A stretch of DNA of 64,000 nucleotides, from the IMG/VR virus record IMGVR_UViG_3300042923_001106, positions 96,001-160,000 of that record, one strand, 5' to 3'. This stretch comes from a virus. The notes under the pieces were generated by a model. The model saw nothing but the letters and a program-made list of their open reading frames with translations, made no database searches and was not told the origin of the DNA. Shown in pieces: positions 40,752-51,823 of this stretch; within the stretch, counting starts at the first letter, position 1, and each line of letters begins with the position of its first letter. Position numbers and translations under genes: made by a program.

Positions 40752-41264
40752 ATGATTAGATTGAATAAGCGAACAACAGGAATGGGCGGACATCAATCGG
40801 CACGAATGATGAAGGATGAATGGTTGACTCCACCAAATATTATAAAAGCGCTGGGCGAGTTTGATTTAGATCCGTGCTCTCCTATAAGTAGGCCATGGGG
40901 TACTGCGAAAAACCATTACACCATTTTAGACGATGGCTTATCAAAAGAATGGTTTGGTCGTGTGTGGCTAAACCCTCCGTATGGACGTGAAGCTTCGGAT
41001 TGGTTGAACAAGTTATCAATACATGGAAATGGCGTTGCATTAATCTTCGCTAGAACTGAAACAGAGATGTTCTTTGAACATGTATGGAATAAGGCAGATG
41101 CTTTGCTTTTCTTTAAAGGTCGTTTGTACTTTCATCATGTTAACGGGGAACGTGCAAGTGCGAATGCAGGAGCACCATCAGTACTTATTGCATATGGAAC
41201 TGAGAATGTTAAGTCACTTGAGTTAGTTAGTAAGTGGGGACAATTGATTAAACTAAACCAATAA
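40752..41264 (+). CDS. phage DNA N6-adenine methyltransferase (Dam-like, PF05869 type)
   Basis: DEWLTP...FDLDPC...VWLNPPYG. Confidence 0.9.
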   Translation: MIRLNKRTTGMGGHQSARMMKDEWLTPPNIIKALGEFDLDPCSPISRPWGTAKNHYTILDDGLSKEWFGRVWLNPPYGREASDWLNKLSIHGNGVALIFARTETEMFFEHVWNKADALLFFKGRLYFHHVNGERASANAGAPSVLIAYGTENVKSLELVSKWGQLIKLNQ

Positions 41265-41297
41265 AGAATTCATTTTATTACACCAAAGGAGGAAAAA

Positions 41298-41903
41298 TTG
41301 AAAATACAACATTACAACTTTAAAGACTTCTTGCAACGTTATAATAACGATACAGATTTTGAACTATTTAAAGTACTTGAAGAGTTACCGATATTGACAG
41401 AGGGTGTTTGGATTGCAGGTGGGGCAATAAGACGTACAATAATTGGTGATCCGCTCACCTCAGATTTTGACTTCTTTTTCAGGGATAAAGAGTCCTTGGA
41501 TACATATCGAAAACTGCTTCTGGAAAAGGGAGCAAAAGAAACTAAGAAAACGGACCATCAAGAAACATATACGATCACAGTTGCTGAGAAAGTACGGTTT
41601 ATTCAATTAATAAAGATAAACTTTTATGTGGATGTTAAATCTGTTTTGGATTCATTTGATTTTACGATTAGCCAGTTTGCGTATGTTGGAACGAATTTGA
41701 TATGCGGTGAGTATTCATTGTGGGATTTGTCCAGACGTAGACTAGCTTTACATAAACTTACGTATGGAGTAGCGACCATGAGAAGACTGATAAAATATTC
41801 TAATCAAGGATTTACCGCTTGTGCTGGTGTGATGCAAAGTATTCTGGAAGCAGTAGTGAATAAGCCAGAGACAATTAACTCGGAGATTCAATATATAGAT
41901 TAG
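41298..41903 (+). CDS. nucleotidyltransferase (IAGG...DxD type) paralog 2
   Basis: WIAGGAIRR...SDFDFFF...SFDFTISQF...RLIKYSNQG. Confidence 0.78.
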   Translation: MKIQHYNFKDFLQRYNNDTDFELFKVLEELPILTEGVWIAGGAIRRTIIGDPLTSDFDFFFRDKESLDTYRKLLLEKGAKETKKTDHQETYTITVAEKVRFIQLIKINFYVDVKSVLDSFDFTISQFAYVGTNLICGEYSLWDLSRRRLALHKLTYGVATMRRLIKYSNQGFTACAGVMQSILEAVVNKPETINSEIQYID

Positions 41904-42158
41904 AGGGAAGTATGAATGAAGAAAATCGAGCAGAATCTAAGGATTGTCCATAACGGTAGGAAATACAAGGTTCAATTTAATTTCTGTACAGAATGTAAAT
42001 CGTTTAAAAACTGTTATGAGGATAATCCATTTCATCCAAGCTATTTGAGTCCAGAATGCTTAGAAATCGGTCAAAGTCTTGGGTATGATGCTTAACCGTA
42101 AAACTGTTTATCTTAATACTTTAGGATTAAATAAAAGTATCACTATCAAAAGAAAATA

Positions 42159-43041
42159 GTGAAGGTGGTCAATATGAATCCATGGATTAAACAAGTTCCA
42201 GCATTCAACTTGGATTATTTCATCTTAGGAAAAGCAGTACGTATCACAGATAAAACTAAAAATAAGAAGTTTGACGGACTAATTCTAAGAAGAGAAGAAG
42301 ATAGGATCGGTGTCTCAGTAGTCGAATGGTATTCACCTATGACCGGCACATCTGAGTATATAGCTCAAACATGCTATTTTGATATTAAGGATATTGTTAA
42401 CGAGAAGTATGAAATCGAATTGCTTTAAGATAACTTATACTGGGGCGATAAACTATGAGTGTAAAACGCGAGGAGTACCTAATTATTGGTGTCGATGTGA
42501 GTGATCACTATGATGGGGATGATGACTATGATAAATACGAAAGATATTATCATAATACTGAAGTAGGTGAATTCACTCTGCTTGTTGATGGATATAGCAG
42601 AAACTACACTATCTTTGGAGAGATCATGGAGTATGGAAATGAATACGAAGGCTTACCGCTGACGGAAATAAATTTAGACGAGTTCAATGAAGCCATATAT
42701 AGAGTGAGGGATAAGGTTAGAAGTTTATTTGGAGTAACTGAGCAGCCAAGAATTTACGCATTGACCCACTGGAGTTAAATATGAGAGTAGCATCTATTGA
42801 AGTTGAAAGAGCGAAAGTTGAGTATAAAATGATTTTTAACGAAGATGCAGATGAGCATAATTTGTTTGACCTGTACCACATTGGATTAGTAACCTCATAT
42901 GGAAAATTATTTGGCGAATTAGAAAAGAGCCGTGAAATGGCATCTCTTCATATGAAATTAAGCAATAGTTTCTCGCAGGTTGGAATCAATTTAGACGATT
43001 ATCAAATCATTAATATGATCATGTGCATAATTAGGGAATAA
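42159..43041 (+). CDS. three small hypothetical ORFs (42159..42428; 42455..42778; 42781..43041)
   Basis: phage-like small proteins. Confidence 0.6.
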
Positions 43042-43072
43042 AATGAGTGTTTTATTCGAAAGGAGACGTTAA

Positions 43073-43759
43073 ATGAACGACGAATTACAGTCTACAATAA
43101 TCTTCGATATTTATGAGCGGGTACATATTCCAGACGACTTGCCGTTACTCGCAAAGATTAAACGACACGCTTTGATTCCAGAGATTCAGTACTATCAAGT
43201 AGGAGACGAATATCATCTAAAAGGCAGTCTAAACTTATCACTTTACTACACGGGTATTGATAGTATTATGAATGAAAGAACACAAACCTTTTATCATCAG
43301 ATCCCACTGGAAATAACAATACCTATCTCAAGAGGCGTTCCTGAATTCTGGCAAATTGGCACTGTAAATGTAGAACATCTTGGAAACAATATAATAAATG
43401 TTACAGGGACATTTGAAGTTGATCTTTATACTGAAGAAGAAAGTGTAAAAATAGATAATATAAATAAATTCAAATGTACAAATGAAGAATGTATTGAACT
43501 ACAACTTAAACAAAGTGAAGATATGCGCTTGATTTTAAATATTGAAGATGGTATTCGTCATCAATACTATCTTAATGAAGATGGTTCGCTTGAACATTAT
43601 GATAGTGATGGCATGGGACAAGAGATTTATTTACGTTGCAATGTTTGTGGTCAAAAGTATGAATTTGATTCTGATATTGGTCATGTATTTGAGCAACATA
43701 TCCTGCCATTAAATAAATGCGAAATACGGGATATAGGGATTATTAAAATTAGCAGATAG
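43073..43759 (+). CDS. SpoVID N-terminal-domain-like protein with C-terminal Cys domain
   Basis: IFDIYERVHI...LIPEIQ...LKGSLNLS..Y...HQIPLEITIP. Confidence 0.65.
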   Translation: MNDELQSTIIFDIYERVHIPDDLPLLAKIKRHALIPEIQYYQVGDEYHLKGSLNLSLYYTGIDSIMNERTQTFYHQIPLEITIPISRGVPEFWQIGTVNVEHLGNNIINVTGTFEVDLYTEEESVKIDNINKFKCTNEECIELQLKQSEDMRLILNIEDGIRHQYYLNEDGSLEHYDSDGMGQEIYLRCNVCGQKYEFDSDIGHVFEQHILPLNKCEIRDIGIIKISR

Positions 43760-43791
43760 ATAGTCTTTTTATTTTATTCTAACAAGGAGCG

Positions 43792-44401
43792 ATGAATATG
43801 AACGTTATTGAGTTTGAAACTGATGAATTATGGGAGATTGCTTACGGTGATCATGAGTTTGCGCAAGTTATAAAAAAGGATACATACAGAGAAGGTTGGT
43901 ATGAATACCACGAAATCACATTCGTCTATGATGGTGTTCAATATTCGTTTGTTTATAAGGAACATACTTCTCCGAAAGTTTGCGATAGGGAAATTGTTCA
44001 AGATGCAAAGCCAACCGAAGCGCAGCCCATCTCTGTTAATCCAGATGAAGAAGCGGAGTTCATATGGGAGAATTTGATGAAAATGGATAAGGGATATATC
44101 AGCAAAGAAGATATTAAAACAATTACAGAATTACAAACAGAATATCTTATTAGTATTGGTGTTATTAAATAAAATATGATTTTCATTGCCTAATCGGAGG
44201 TCAAGTATGGAGGATCTGATAGAGTATAGGGTTTACTATAAATTGATTATTGACCATATGGAAGCATGCACAACACCGTTAAGCGAAGATAAGGCGAACA
44301 GCACATATTTAGGTTTACTTAACAACAATGAGTGCTACGATGTCAGGATTGTTAAGGAAACTGTTAAACGCGAGATAGTAAAAGCACATCTATTACATTA
44401 A
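43792..44401 (+). CDS. two hypothetical ORFs (43792..44172; about 44207..44401)
   Basis: SDs present. Confidence 0.6.
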
Positions 44402-44418
44402 AATTAACAAAATAAAAC

Positions 44419-44447
44419 TTTACAATAATATTTAAGTGTAGTATATT
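44419..44447 (+). promoter_or_regulatory. putative promoter for recJ
   Basis: TTTACA-17-TATATT. Confidence 0.5.
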
Positions 44448-44449
44448 TA

Positions 44450-46108
44450 TTGAGTGGAGGTGATGTGGTGAAGTGGAAACAAAAGCTTCCCAAAATAGAG
44501 TATTCACCATTTGATGATTTAAAGGATCAACTTGCAGCAATCAACGGCATTGAAAATCTAAATGAGTTCCTAAATCCATCATGGGAACATATCAGTAATC
44601 CATGCTTGTTGAAAAATATTAAAGAAGGAACCAGACGAATAATCAAAGCGATACATAGTGGAGAAAAGATTGTTGTGATGGCAGATATCGATAGCGATGG
44701 AATTAATTCAGCCGCAATAATGGTAAATTACCTTGAAAAGCATAGCGCAAATGTTTCATATATTTATGCGCAGCGAAAAGACGGCCATGGTCTACACACC
44801 ACAGTTGATAAAATTCCAGAAGACACAAGACTATTGATTATTGTCGATTCATCATCATCAGAATGGAAAGAATGTAGACAACTAAAAGAAAAGGGCATCG
44901 ATGTTTTAATTATTGATCATCATCCACTGGACAACCCAAACTACTATTGTATCCTAATAAATCCTCAACAAGAGGGATGTGATTACCCTAACAAAAATAT
45001 CTCTGGTTCAGGATTGACTTGGCAGGTGTGTCGAGTATTAGATAATAAACTTGATTCAACTTATGCTCTCGAACTTGTTGATATGGCTGCAATTGGTCTC
45101 ATTTCAGACATGATGTGTATGAATACGATGGAAAATAGAGCAATCGTAAATATCGGTTTGAGTAATGTTAAAAATATCGGACTGAATGCCATTTTGTCTG
45201 CTCAAGGTCTCCTTAAAAAGAAGCTTAGTACAACAGACATTGGATATAAAGTTTCAACCCTAATCAATGCTTCTGCTCGGTTGAATAAGATTGAATTGGC
45301 CTTAGAGTTGTTGACTACGGATACGACTGTTAGAGCAGACGAATTAGTCAAGGAAATAAATAAATTAAACAAGCAAAGAAAAACAAAACAAACTGTTCAT
45401 GTTGATGATTTGCTCGCAAAAGTGGATAGTACACAGAAAATAATAATCCACTTGGATCACAACAAAGAGATAAGTAAGGCATTCAGTGGACTCATAGCTA
45501 ATGAAATTGCCAATACATATCAAAGACCTTGCTTAATTTTATCTCCTGATGAAAGTCAGGGAAATACATATAGTGGGAGTTATCGCTCTTATAGTGGATT
45601 CAACTTAAAAACTTTCTTCTCGAATTTATCGTTAGTCGAAACTACTGGAGGACATGAGGGAGCCGGTGGAATTTCGGTCAAGAATGAAAATCTTTTTGAC
45701 TTTATTGATATGGTGAAGGAGAACAGTGAAAGCCTTTCGTTTGAATCAGAAGTCGAATATGATCTGGAATTATCGTGTGATGAAATTGATGAGAAATTAA
45801 TATATGTTATCACCGATTTCTACAGAATATCAGGTGCAAACTTTCCAATGGGGAAATTTTTAGTATCGGATATCCTTGTAGATGAAGTAAAAGTTAAAGG
45901 AAAAAACGAAGATACTGTAGAGGCGATAAATCAAAATTTAAGTTTGATGAAGTTTAAAACTAGTAGAAAATTTGCTGAAAGTATACCACTTTTGACTAAT
46001 ATTTCTGCTGTTGGAACACTGAGTGTGAATGGATTTTATAATTTTGGTATAAAAAAATATGTGAAGACTAACCAAATCATTTTAGATGACTTTAAAGTGG
46101 TTAGTTAA
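44450..46108 (+). CDS. recJ: ssDNA-specific exonuclease RecJ (YorK-like)
   Basis: DIDSDG, IIVDSS, IIDHH, GLISD, GSYRS, GGHEGAGG. Confidence 0.92.
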   Translation: MSGGDVVKWKQKLPKIEYSPFDDLKDQLAAINGIENLNEFLNPSWEHISNPCLLKNIKEGTRRIIKAIHSGEKIVVMADIDSDGINSAAIMVNYLEKHSANVSYIYAQRKDGHGLHTTVDKIPEDTRLLIIVDSSSSEWKECRQLKEKGIDVLIIDHHPLDNPNYYCILINPQQEGCDYPNKNISGSGLTWQVCRVLDNKLDSTYALELVDMAAIGLISDMMCMNTMENRAIVNIGLSNVKNIGLNAILSAQGLLKKKLSTTDIGYKVSTLINASARLNKIELALELLTTDTTVRADELVKEINKLNKQRKTKQTVHVDDLLAKVDSTQKIIIHLDHNKEISKAFSGLIANEIANTYQRPCLILSPDESQGNTYSGSYRSYSGFNLKTFFSNLSLVETTGGHEGAGGISVKNENLFDFIDMVKENSESLSFESEVEYDLELSCDEIDEKLIYVITDFYRISGANFPMGKFLVSDILVDEVKVKGKNEDTVEAINQNLSLMKFKTSRKFAESIPLLTNISAVGTLSVNGFYNFGIKKYVKTNQIILDDFKVVS

Positions 46109-46146
46109 AAATAAATAATAAATATAATAAGGGAGAGAATTGTTGA

Positions 46147-46395
46147 ATGAACTATTATGTCGTAGCAAAGAATGCTGATGGAAAAGGGTTTGTTATTTCG
46201 AGTAGTGAAAATGTACGGCTATTTGCCCAACAAGAGATTGCAGAAGAATGTAATCAGCGAGGCTTGGTAGTAAATCTCGATGAAGTCCGAAAGGTATCTG
46301 GTAGTGGAAATCAAGGATCGACAAATACTAAATTCTTTAAGCACAGGAAGAAACATAATGGAGAAAATGGCGAAGGGTATTATAGTGCGCTGTAA
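46147..46395 (+). CDS. hypothetical protein
   Basis: about 80 aa. Confidence 0.55.
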   Translation: MNYYVVAKNADGKGFVISSSENVRLFAQQEIAEECNQRGLVVNLDEVRKVSGSGNQGSTNTKFFKHRKKHNGENGEGYYSAL

Positions 46396-46475
46396 AAGTG
46401 GATTTTTGGGGAGTACCGTGACCGGCCAGAATGCGGTGGCTTAAATAAAATCATAATCTCATAGGGAGGGAAAGC

Positions 46476-46853
46476 ATGGAAACAGAAATTCAAAATAAAG
46501 TGTTCGAATATATTGAGGCTGTAGCGCAAAAATTGGGTGTAGCAAGTGAATATGTTTTCGATTTGCTAGTTACACAACAAATCATAGAAGGCATAACTAC
46601 CCTAAGTGTACTTGTACTCTTTTCACTTATGAGTGTAGCATCGTTGGTTGCCGGTTTTAAATGGATGAACAGAGACGGAGTAACTTTTAACGATGACGAT
46701 TTTCATCCATCTTTTATATTTATAATTGCAGGGTTTGTGGTATCTATTATCTTATTAGTTGCTTTTGCTGTTGAACTTGGTGAGAGCGTAATGCAAATAA
46801 TTAACCCAAGGTATTATGCTGTTAAAGAAATCCTAAACGTATTTAGCAAATAA
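46476..46853 (+). CDS. two-TM phage membrane protein
   Basis: AQKLGVASEYV...LV.QQ; INPRYYA. Confidence 0.75.
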   Translation: METEIQNKVFEYIEAVAQKLGVASEYVFDLLVTQQIIEGITTLSVLVLFSLMSVASLVAGFKWMNRDGVTFNDDDFHPSFIFIIAGFVVSIILLVAFAVELGESVMQIINPRYYAVKEILNVFSK

Positions 46854-46908
46854 ATCTCTCACTAATTGATTAGCAGTGCATAATTTTCTTGAACAATCGA
46901 GGTGAAAA

Positions 46909-47364
46909 ATGCAACGAGTTTTAGACGCCTGTTGTGGAAGCAGAATGTTTTGGTTTGATAAGCACAATGAGGATGTACTTTTCATGGATATTCGCCAATT
47001 AAGCGATACGTTATGTGACGGGCGAAAGTTAGTGGTTAGTCCAGACATAGTAGCCGATTTCAGAAACATGCCTTTCGAAGATAATGCATTTTATTTAGTA
47101 GTATTCGATCCACCACATTTGTTAAAAGCGGGCGAAGATTCATGGTTAGCCAAGAAATACGGAAAACTCGGTCTGGATTGGAAAAACGACATCGCAAAAG
47201 GTTTTAGCGAATGTATGAGAGTTCTTAAACCAAATGGAACACTTATTTTTAAGTGGAATGAGGATCAAATACAATTACAAGAAATTCTTAAAGCGATTGA
47301 TTACAAACCGTTATTTGGAAATCGCAGAAGTAAAACGCATTGGTTGGCATTCATGAAAGACTAA
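46909..47364 (+). CDS. small SAM-dependent DNA methyltransferase (DPPH type)
   Basis: VLDACCGSRMFW...VVFDPPH...LKPNGTLIFKW. Confidence 0.9.
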   Translation: MQRVLDACCGSRMFWFDKHNEDVLFMDIRQLSDTLCDGRKLVVSPDIVADFRNMPFEDNAFYLVVFDPPHLLKAGEDSWLAKKYGKLGLDWKNDIAKGFSECMRVLKPNGTLIFKWNEDQIQLQEILKAIDYKPLFGNRRSKTHWLAFMKD

Positions 47365-47412
47365 GTAAAAAAAAGTCTATCTAACCATATAAAATAAAAG
47401 GAGATAATACAT

Positions 47413-47916
47413 ATGAACTTTTTGAAGAATATTCTTAATATCAAAGGGGATCAAACCAAAGATACACGTACCATCACACAAAAGGAAGAACTTACAATTG
47501 CACTTCAAGCCGGTAAATTGCGCGAAGTAGCCATTGCAAGAGGTGGTACAGGGTATTTGCGACAAGAACTCTCCAATAAAGAAAAACAGCGTCGTAAGAA
47601 CCGTCTGCGTCAAACTAAACAATCGCGCAAAGCTAATCGTAAGGCTGTGTAATTCAAGAACATATCGAGTTCCAGAATTATAAAAATAAAATTATAAGGA
47701 GAAATGAAAATGATTATTGGACAATTCAAACTCGAGGGTAAAACTGAAAGAATCAATGGTAAAGATTTGATTATCTCGGTTGATTTAGCACAAGTAGTTG
47801 AAGGGGAGGTGCAACAAAATCCTACAGTTGTAGGAAGGATTAGTGTACATAATATCAGTAAAGAAGTTGTAGATAAATTGGAAACAGGGAAAGTCTATAG
47901 TATCGATTTCAAATAA
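47413..47916 (+). CDS. two small ORFs (47413..47652 basic; 47704..47916)
   Basis: SDs present. Confidence 0.6.
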
Positions 47917-48080
47917 GGTTGGGGGAATTATTCCCCTATGAAATAGTGGTTTCATTTGGCTTTGAGAGGAGGTGAAGTACTTTATAACTTTTGATTCATT
48001 GATAGATAATCTCGAATGAATTGCTACGGAAACAAATACGGAGCACTTACAGATTAAATAAGTTTAGAAGGGAAAAGAAA

Positions 48081-49346
48081 ATGAAGTTGCCAAACGTAAT
48101 TACGAAACGTAATGGAACAACAGTTGAATTCAAAACAGATAAAATCACAAACGCTATTAAGAAAGCAGCAGCTCAGACAGGTGAGTTTGACGTTTCCGAG
48201 GCAATACGGTTGACGCAAGGCGTTTTAGAATTAATAAATCACAGTGATTATGACAAATTAACGGTTGAAACTGTGCAGGATTTAGTGGAAGTTGTTTTGT
48301 TAGAATCTAAATATAAATCAACAGCCAAAGCATATATTATCTACCGAGAAAAACGAAAACAAGCAAGGCGAATTGATATTTTCAAACGTCGTTTAAACTT
48401 GAAGCCATTCGAATATCCAGACCTCACTAAATATAAGGAGGCCGTACAACATTCCTATTGGCTGCACACTGAGTTCAACTATACATCTGACATTCAGGAT
48501 TATAAGGTTAATATATCGGATGTTGAGAGAAATATTATTAAAAATGCAATGCTTGCGATTGCTCAGGTTGAGGTCGCAGTTAAAACTTTTTGGGGAGACT
48601 TGTATCATCGACTCCCAAAGCCGGAACTTGGATCTGTTGGGTATACATTTGCGGAAAGCGAAGTAAGGCATCATGATGCATACTCTCATTTGCTTGAAAT
48701 ATTGGGACTGAATGATGAATTTGAGAAGATCGAGAACATCCCCGAATTGTTTCAGCGCATCGACTATTTGACAAAAGGTGTGGCACTAACGCGCACAGGA
48801 AACGATAGGGATTACGCCTTATCTATTCTTTTGTTTTCTCTATTTATTGAACATGTATCGCTATTTTCGCAATTCCTGATTATCATGTCGTTTAATAAGC
48901 ATAGAAATGTTTTTAAGGGAATGTCTAATGTTATTGAGGCAACATCTAAAGAAGAGCAGATTCATGGGTTATTTGGAATAGAACTCATCAATATTATTCG
49001 CACAGAGCATCCTGAATGGTTTGATAATCGACTAGAACATTTGGTAATTGAAGCGTGTAAGGAATCTTATAAATCGGAGCAAATTGTTATTGACTGGATT
49101 TATGAATCTGGCGACTTGGATTTTTTGCCAAAAGCAACGGTTAAGGAGTTTGTTAAAAATCGTCTGAACAACTCACTTCGCAGCATAGGTTATAACCCAA
49201 TTTTCGATGTGGATGAAAATGCAATAGTAGCAACGGATTGGTTTGACACAGAGATTGTCAGTACAAAACATGTTGATTTCTTTGTGAAACGCTCGATCAA
49301 TTACAGTAAACGAACAAAAAGTATTACGGGAGACGATTTATTTTAA
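48081..49346 (+). CDS. nrdB: ribonucleotide reductase beta subunit with N-terminal ATP cone
   Basis: VITKRNG...AKAYIIYR ATP cone; QVEVAVKTFW, ESEVRHHDAY, IEHVSLFSQF, KEEQIH. Confidence 0.92.
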   Translation: MKLPNVITKRNGTTVEFKTDKITNAIKKAAAQTGEFDVSEAIRLTQGVLELINHSDYDKLTVETVQDLVEVVLLESKYKSTAKAYIIYREKRKQARRIDIFKRRLNLKPFEYPDLTKYKEAVQHSYWLHTEFNYTSDIQDYKVNISDVERNIIKNAMLAIAQVEVAVKTFWGDLYHRLPKPELGSVGYTFAESEVRHHDAYSHLLEILGLNDEFEKIENIPELFQRIDYLTKGVALTRTGNDRDYALSILLFSLFIEHVSLFSQFLIIMSFNKHRNVFKGMSNVIEATSKEEQIHGLFGIELINIIRTEHPEWFDNRLEHLVIEACKESYKSEQIVIDWIYESGDLDFLPKATVKEFVKNRLNNSLRSIGYNPIFDVDENAIVATDWFDTEIVSTKHVDFFVKRSINYSKRTKSITGDDLF

Positions 49347-49372
49347 TAAAAGACTTGGGGGATATTCATTAC

Positions 49373-51043
49373 ATGAAGTGGTTAAACGAAAATAGTAGAA
49401 ATTTTTTATCACGCGGATATTTAACAGAAGGGGTTACTCCAGAGCAGAGAATTCGTACAATTGCCAATGCCGCAGAATCCATTCTTGGCATTAAGGGATT
49501 TGCAGATAAATTTTATGAATATATTGAAAAGGGATATTATTCGCTATCCACGCCAGTATGGTCTAATTTCGGAATAAACAAAGGACTCCCTATCAGTTGC
49601 TTTGGATCATTTTTGTCAGACAGTATGGGGAGTATTCTATATACACAGTCTGAAGTTGGAATGATGAGTAAATTTGGCGGAGGTACTTCCGGTTATTTTG
49701 GTGATTTGCGTCATCGTGGAGCACCTATAAAGGATAACGGGCAATCATCAGGCTCTGTACATTTTATGAAATTATTCGAGTCAACCATGGATGTAGTAAG
49801 TCAGGGCAGTACGCGCAGAGGTAGATTCTCTCCATATTTACCAATTGACCATCCAGATATTGAAGAGTTTTTGAAGATTGGTACTGAAGGTGATCCAATT
49901 CAAGAATTGACGCACGGAGTTACTGTTAAGGATAAATGGATGAAAGAAATGATCGCAGGAGATGTTGAGAAACGCGCATTATGGGCTAAGGTTATTCAGC
50001 GTCGTGTTGAGATTGGATATCCATATATTCTTTTTGAAGATACGGTCAATAAAAATACAGTAGATGTTTATAAAGATAAAGAATTAAAGATTAAACAGAG
50101 CAACTTATGCAGTGAAATAGCATTACCAAACAACGACAAAGAATCATTTGTATGCAACCTATCGTCTATGAATTTATTGTATTATGACGAATGGAAAGAA
50201 ACAGACGCTGTTGAAACGATGGTATTTTTCCTAGATGCGGTCATGACCGATTTCCTAAATAAACTCGAACAAATGCGAGATTCTGATAAAAAAGAAGATA
50301 AACTTGCGTTTTATTTTATGGAGAGGGCATATAATTTTGCAAAAGCGCACCGTGCATTAGGATTAGGAGCATTAGGATGGCACTCCTATCTCCAATCTAA
50401 AATGATCCCCTTCGAAAGCTTGGATGCATCTAAACTAAATTCACGCATATTTAGTTTTATTCAAACAAGGGCACATAAGGCTTCGATGGAATTGGCGAAT
50501 CTTTATGGGGAACCTGAATTATTAAAGGGTTACGGTCGCCGTAATACAACATTGACTGCGATTGCACCGACAACATCTTCTGCCTTTATTTTAGGGCAAG
50601 TTTCACAAAGTATTGAACCCATTTGGTCAAATTGCTATGTAAAAGATGTTGCAAAGATGAAAGTCACAATTCAAAATACACAATTAAAGAAAGTCTTGCA
50701 GTTCTACGACAAAGACACTCGGGAAGTGTGGAATAGTATTCGAGATAATGACGGTTCCGTGCAGCATCTTGAATTTCTAAACGACAATGAAAAAGAAGTA
50801 TTCAAAACATTTAGCGAAATTGACCAGTATGTTATTTTAGATCAGGCTTCTACCCGACAACTATTTTTAGATCAAAGCCAATCATTAAATCTAATGGTCA
50901 ATCCCAAAATGCCAGCCAAGCAGATTAACGAATTATATTTGTTTGCTTGGGAGAACAATGTTAAAACACTATATTACCAACATAGTACAAATGCGGCTCA
51001 ACAATTCAGTAAGGATAAGTTATGCGTCAATTGTGAAGCGTAA
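49373..51043 (+). CDS. nrdA: ribonucleotide reductase alpha subunit (short, no ATP cone)
   Basis: PISCF, SNLCSEI, FVCNLSS, AIAPT, C-terminal CVNCEA. Confidence 0.92.
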   Translation: MKWLNENSRNFLSRGYLTEGVTPEQRIRTIANAAESILGIKGFADKFYEYIEKGYYSLSTPVWSNFGINKGLPISCFGSFLSDSMGSILYTQSEVGMMSKFGGGTSGYFGDLRHRGAPIKDNGQSSGSVHFMKLFESTMDVVSQGSTRRGRFSPYLPIDHPDIEEFLKIGTEGDPIQELTHGVTVKDKWMKEMIAGDVEKRALWAKVIQRRVEIGYPYILFEDTVNKNTVDVYKDKELKIKQSNLCSEIALPNNDKESFVCNLSSMNLLYYDEWKETDAVETMVFFLDAVMTDFLNKLEQMRDSDKKEDKLAFYFMERAYNFAKAHRALGLGALGWHSYLQSKMIPFESLDASKLNSRIFSFIQTRAHKASMELANLYGEPELLKGYGRRNTTLTAIAPTTSSAFILGQVSQSIEPIWSNCYVKDVAKMKVTIQNTQLKKVLQFYDKDTREVWNSIRDNDGSVQHLEFLNDNEKEVFKTFSEIDQYVILDQASTRQLFLDQSQSLNLMVNPKMPAKQINELYLFAWENNVKTLYYQHSTNAAQQFSKDKLCVNCEA

Positions 51044-51084
51044 TGGTTTTTCATTAGACAATATAAAAAGGGAGATATCATCGG

Positions 51085-51702
51085 ATGTTTCAATTAGAAG
51101 ATAAAGTATATATTACACAAGAAAAAACAACGGGAGTAATTAAAGAATATAATTCCGAATCAGAAGAGTATTTCATTACATATTTTCCAAAAAACACTCC
51201 AAAAAAACGTAAAAAAGATTGGTTTAAACCTAGTCAAATTCGTAAGTTTAAAAAGCCTTTGGAGATTAAAGTAAAATATTTTTCTGATATTGAAAAGATA
51301 GAAAAGATCTCTCAAGGTGACTGGATCGATCTTCGAGCTGCTGAAACTGTAGAACTTAAAGCAGGAGAATTTAAACTTATCCCACTTGGTATTGGTATGA
51401 AACTTCCAAAAGGATATGAAGCAAATCCCGTTCCTCGTTCTAGTACATTTAAAAACTGGGGAATTATCCAAACAAACTCCTTCGGAGTAATTGATAATTC
51501 TTATTCTGGAGATGATGACCAATGGTTTTTCCCGGCTTATGCTACTCGTGATACCGTTATTGAAAAGAATAGTCGAATTTGTCAGTTCCGTATTAATCGA
51601 GTTCAACCGAAAATTCAATTTACTGTAGTCCAAAATCTTGATGAGATATCTCGCGGTGGATTTGGATCAACTGGTAAAACTGACCTACCTCAATCTCGTT
51701 AA
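51085..51702 (+). CDS. dut: trimeric dUTPase with N-terminal extra domain
   Basis: [32 protein letters not shown]. Confidence 0.92.
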   Translation: MFQLEDKVYITQEKTTGVIKEYNSESEEYFITYFPKNTPKKRKKDWFKPSQIRKFKKPLEIKVKYFSDIEKIEKISQGDWIDLRAAETVELKAGEFKLIPLGIGMKLPKGYEANPVPRSSTFKNWGIIQTNSFGVIDNSYSGDDDQWFFPAYATRDTVIEKNSRICQFRINRVQPKIQFTVVQNLDEISRGGFGSTGKTDLPQSR

Positions 51703-51771
51703 TACTACGTTTTACTCGTTTTCTCTAATGCTAATATCAGATAAAATTGTTCTTTCATTGGCTAATTTTAT

Positions 51772-51800
51772 GGGCAGTAGTTTTGTCTACTGTCCTTTTT
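51772..51800 (+). terminator. intrinsic terminator
   Basis: GGGCAGTAG-TTTTGT-CTACTGTCC-TTTTT. Confidence 0.85.
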
Positions 51801-51823
51801 AATCTAAAATAAGGGAGAATAAA

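Noticed and set aside
48081-51043. Group I introns or inteins in nrdA/nrdB as in SPbeta
   Set aside because: Both ORFs are continuous and of expected length
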